Shown here: in pieces, positions 61,868 through 64,000 of the stretch | Layout of the letters: every line of letters starts with the position of its first letter | Numbering within the stretch: position 1 is the stretch's first letter | Assembly: GCA_051362555.1 (NCBI GenBank) | Contig: CM120644.1 | Span: 22,962,534 to 23,026,533 of the forward strand | Direction of reading: 5' to 3' | DNA length: 64,000 nucleotides | Source: Lingula anatina | Taxonomy: Eukaryota; Animalia; Brachiopoda | The notes under the pieces: model-generated | Seen by the model: the letters and a program-made list of their open reading frames with translations, nothing else | What the model was told of the DNA's origin: nothing | Databases searched by the model: none | Program-made: the position numbers and the translations under genes

Positions 61868-62847
61868 ATGCGAAAAAGTGAACCACCAAACAGTAGGATA
61901 GATGGTTACTTAAAAAAAAATATATTACGATCCTTCCAATCCAGCTAGTTTTGGAAGCGCGTTGAAATTATATAAAGCGGCAAGAAGAGATAAAAAGAAA
62001 ATCACGCGTAAGCAAATCGAAGAGTTCTTGGCAAGACAAGATACATATACGCTACACGCTAAAGTCAGAAAACGATTCCGTACCAACCGCGTTGTTGTTG
62101 GTCGTACGGATCAGCAATGGCAAGCCGACTTAGCTGACCTCAGCAAATTATCGAAATACAATAAAGGAATGAAATTTTTGTTAACTGTGATTGACGTATT
62201 TTCAAAGTACGCGTGGGCCGTGGCCATCGAATCAAAAACTGCTAATAGCGTGCTACAAGCTTTCAGTGGTATTTTAGCGGGAGGTCGAAAACCGACGATC
62301 CTACAAACAGATGCTGGAACAGAATTTACAAATAGAAAATTCCAGGCATACTTGAAAGAACAAGGAATAACCTTTTTTACAACAAAGTCGGAACGAAAAA
62401 GTTCGATCGTGGAACGTTTTAACAGAAGTTTGAAATCTCGAAGAGGCCTCGAAAGAAAAAAACTCAGACGCAGTATGGAAAAACCTTTACGGGGATATGA
62501 ATTTTGAAAAAGCAAAGTTTAAATTCAAGGTGGGAGACACAGTAAGGTTGAGCAAACATAGGTCTCCCTTTGCGAAAGGCTACGAGCAGGAGTTGTTTAC
62601 GATAAAGCAACGTTTAAACAGGTCACCGCCGGTGTACAAGGTGGAAGATTACGAAGTAGAAGAGATAGAGGGTGTCTTGTACGAGCCTGAAATGATTCGC
62701 GTCGTGAAGAAAGACGATGTGTATAGAGTAGAAAAAATTATAAAATCCAGAGGCAAGGGTAAATCGAGGGAACATTTCGTTCAATGGCGAGGTTACCCGA
62801 AAAAATTTAATAGTTGGGTCAAAGCATCAGACGTTAAAACGGTATAA
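61868..62847 (+). pseudogene. Maverick rve integrase with C-terminal chromodomain, disrupted
   Basis: IYYDP...SFG, YTLH, WQADL, IDVFSKY, QTDAGTEF, VERFNR; KFKVGD.VR; chromodomain YRVEKII...FVQWRGYPKKFNSW; +1 shift in the A-run 61912-61920 and a deletion/frameshift near 62440-62500. Confidence 0.88.
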
Positions 62848-62883
62848 AGGATATGTCGTTGCACTTAAAGATCAGTTGGAGCG

Positions 62884-63615
62884 ATGGCCTCGTCCTTTCA
62901 CGTTATCCTACCATCCAACAGCAGTTTTAAATATTTTCCGAACAACAGAGCCGAGTCATTCCAGACAAAATTGTCATCAACCTTGCATTTAGACGGCGAC
63001 TACGAAGTTGCATTAGTGGAACTACAATACCCAAAAACGTGGAAAAATGTAAAAGACAGTGCCGTGACGTATTACGATGGCTTGAAGACAAACACATTAA
63101 CTATCCCTGGTGGATATTATCGAACGGTCAATGACCTCATAACCACAATCCACGATGACCTATCAACTATTGGAAAAACAAACATCACATTAGGGTATAA
63201 TATTATATCGAGACGGGTCACAGTTCATTTACGTTCCGGTGCAAGTTTTGATTTTACCGGCGATGTAGGAAAAATGTTAGGTTGGGCAACGGACACTCAG
63301 ATAACTTCGGACGCGATAGCTCCTCACCCTCCCAACATGACGCTGGGTTTTAATTCGCTCTATGTATACGCAGATATCATACAAAACCAGTTGGTGGGGG
63401 ATGCGTCTGCAAATTTACTGAGGATCGTCGGCGTCGACAGTAAACATGAGGAAGTTGTTACAAAAACATTTGATTCACCTATTTACATTCCTTTGAGTCA
63501 ACATCACATTGATACCATTCGAATAGATATAAGTCGCGACACGGGTGAACTTGTGCATTTCGATAGTGGGAAGACGATCGCAACATTACATTTTCGACGA
63601 AAAAGCTTATTGTAA
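62884..63615 (+). CDS. Maverick minor capsid (penton-like) protein, 243 aa
   Basis: FHVILPSNSS..YFPNN....F...L...L.G.YEVALVE..YP; GYY; LYVY.DII....VGD....LLR; C-terminal LHFRR. Confidence 0.85.
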   Translation: MASSFHVILPSNSSFKYFPNNRAESFQTKLSSTLHLDGDYEVALVELQYPKTWKNVKDSAVTYYDGLKTNTLTIPGGYYRTVNDLITTIHDDLSTIGKTNITLGYNIISRRVTVHLRSGASFDFTGDVGKMLGWATDTQITSDAIAPHPPNMTLGFNSLYVYADIIQNQLVGDASANLLRIVGVDSKHEEVVTKTFDSPIYIPLSQHHIDTIRIDISRDTGELVHFDSGKTIATLHFRRKSLL

Positions 63616-63617
63616 TA

Positions 63618-63961
63618 ATGGATCCTGTTTATCAAGCATTAGTGAGAAGATACGAGACACAGGCAGGCGGGGGTTCTATACACAAGTTTCATGGTGCAAG
63701 GACTCAAAGAGGTGGTGGGCGACTACTTCAACCTCGACGCGCTGAAATGCTGGAATTAAAAAGACCAACCAGTCAGACCACAGCAAAAGAAAACCTAAAA
63801 AGAGGCGTGCACCAGACTTGTATGTGAATGGTGACGTCGTAAGAAAAACTTTAAACTCCATGACTATAAATAAGAACAGTGCACCTAAAAAAGTCAGAAG
63901 AACTAAAGTAACGAAGACAAAACGGTCACGTCCAGCCAAGACGCGAGATACAAATTTTTAG
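63618..63961 (+). pseudogene. Maverick core/pVII-like precursor protein, apparently internally deleted
   Basis: YETQAGGG...FHGARTQRGGG motif; basic tail KKVRRTKVTKTKRSR lies in a different frame. Confidence 0.55.
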
Positions 63962-63963
63962 TC

Positions 63964-64000
63964 ATGAACAACCCAATCGTTAAAACAGAACTTGATCTAT
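63964..64000 (+). CDS. Start of the Maverick major capsid protein (truncated by the window)
   Basis: MNNPIVKTELDL matches the K(S/T)ELDLF N-terminal motif of Maverick MCPs; expected position after penton and core genes; only 12 codons visible. Confidence 0.6.
   Translation, partial: MNNPIVKTELDL

Larger units (their letters stand above)
56747..64000. mobile_element. Maverick/Polinton endogenous virus (continues past the window end)
   Basis: Intronless cluster of pPolB, rve integrase-chromodomain, minor capsid, core-like protein and MCP start; the polymerase region is visibly richer in GC/CpG than host DNA; left TIR not found. Confidence 0.93.

Overview
AT-rich animal genomic DNA, probably a marine invertebrate (lophotrochozoan-like; inferred from repeat content). 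About 48 kb (641-48322, minus strand) holds one DMBT1-like mosaic gene. I assembled it by hand from 46 phase-compatible exons (5892 nt, about 1960 aa): signal peptide, 4-Cys LDLa, 12 six-Cys EGFs, 2 four-Cys EGFs, 5 SRCR domains, Thr-rich microexon spacers, vWA, ZP module, furin site, transmembrane helix and short tail. Its introns are full of transposon debris: a BEL/Pao LTR element with nested inserts, LINEs, Kolobok/Tc1/Harbinger-type MITEs, a Helentron-type HINE, and a Ginger1 element that landed inside a 24-nt coding exon. Upstream of the gene lie a tRNA-SINE, a second decayed BEL/Pao element (50.7-55.3 kb), and from about 56.7 kb to the window end a Maverick/Polinton endogenous virus. 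The virus has an intact 1369-aa protein-primed DNA polymerase with zinc-finger, OTU-like and Vsr-like modules, a BIR (IAP) gene ending in a DEVD motif, a damaged integrase-chromodomain gene, a minor capsid gene, a core-like protein and the first codons of the major capsid protein. Exon boundaries were read by eye and need RNA-seq confirmation.
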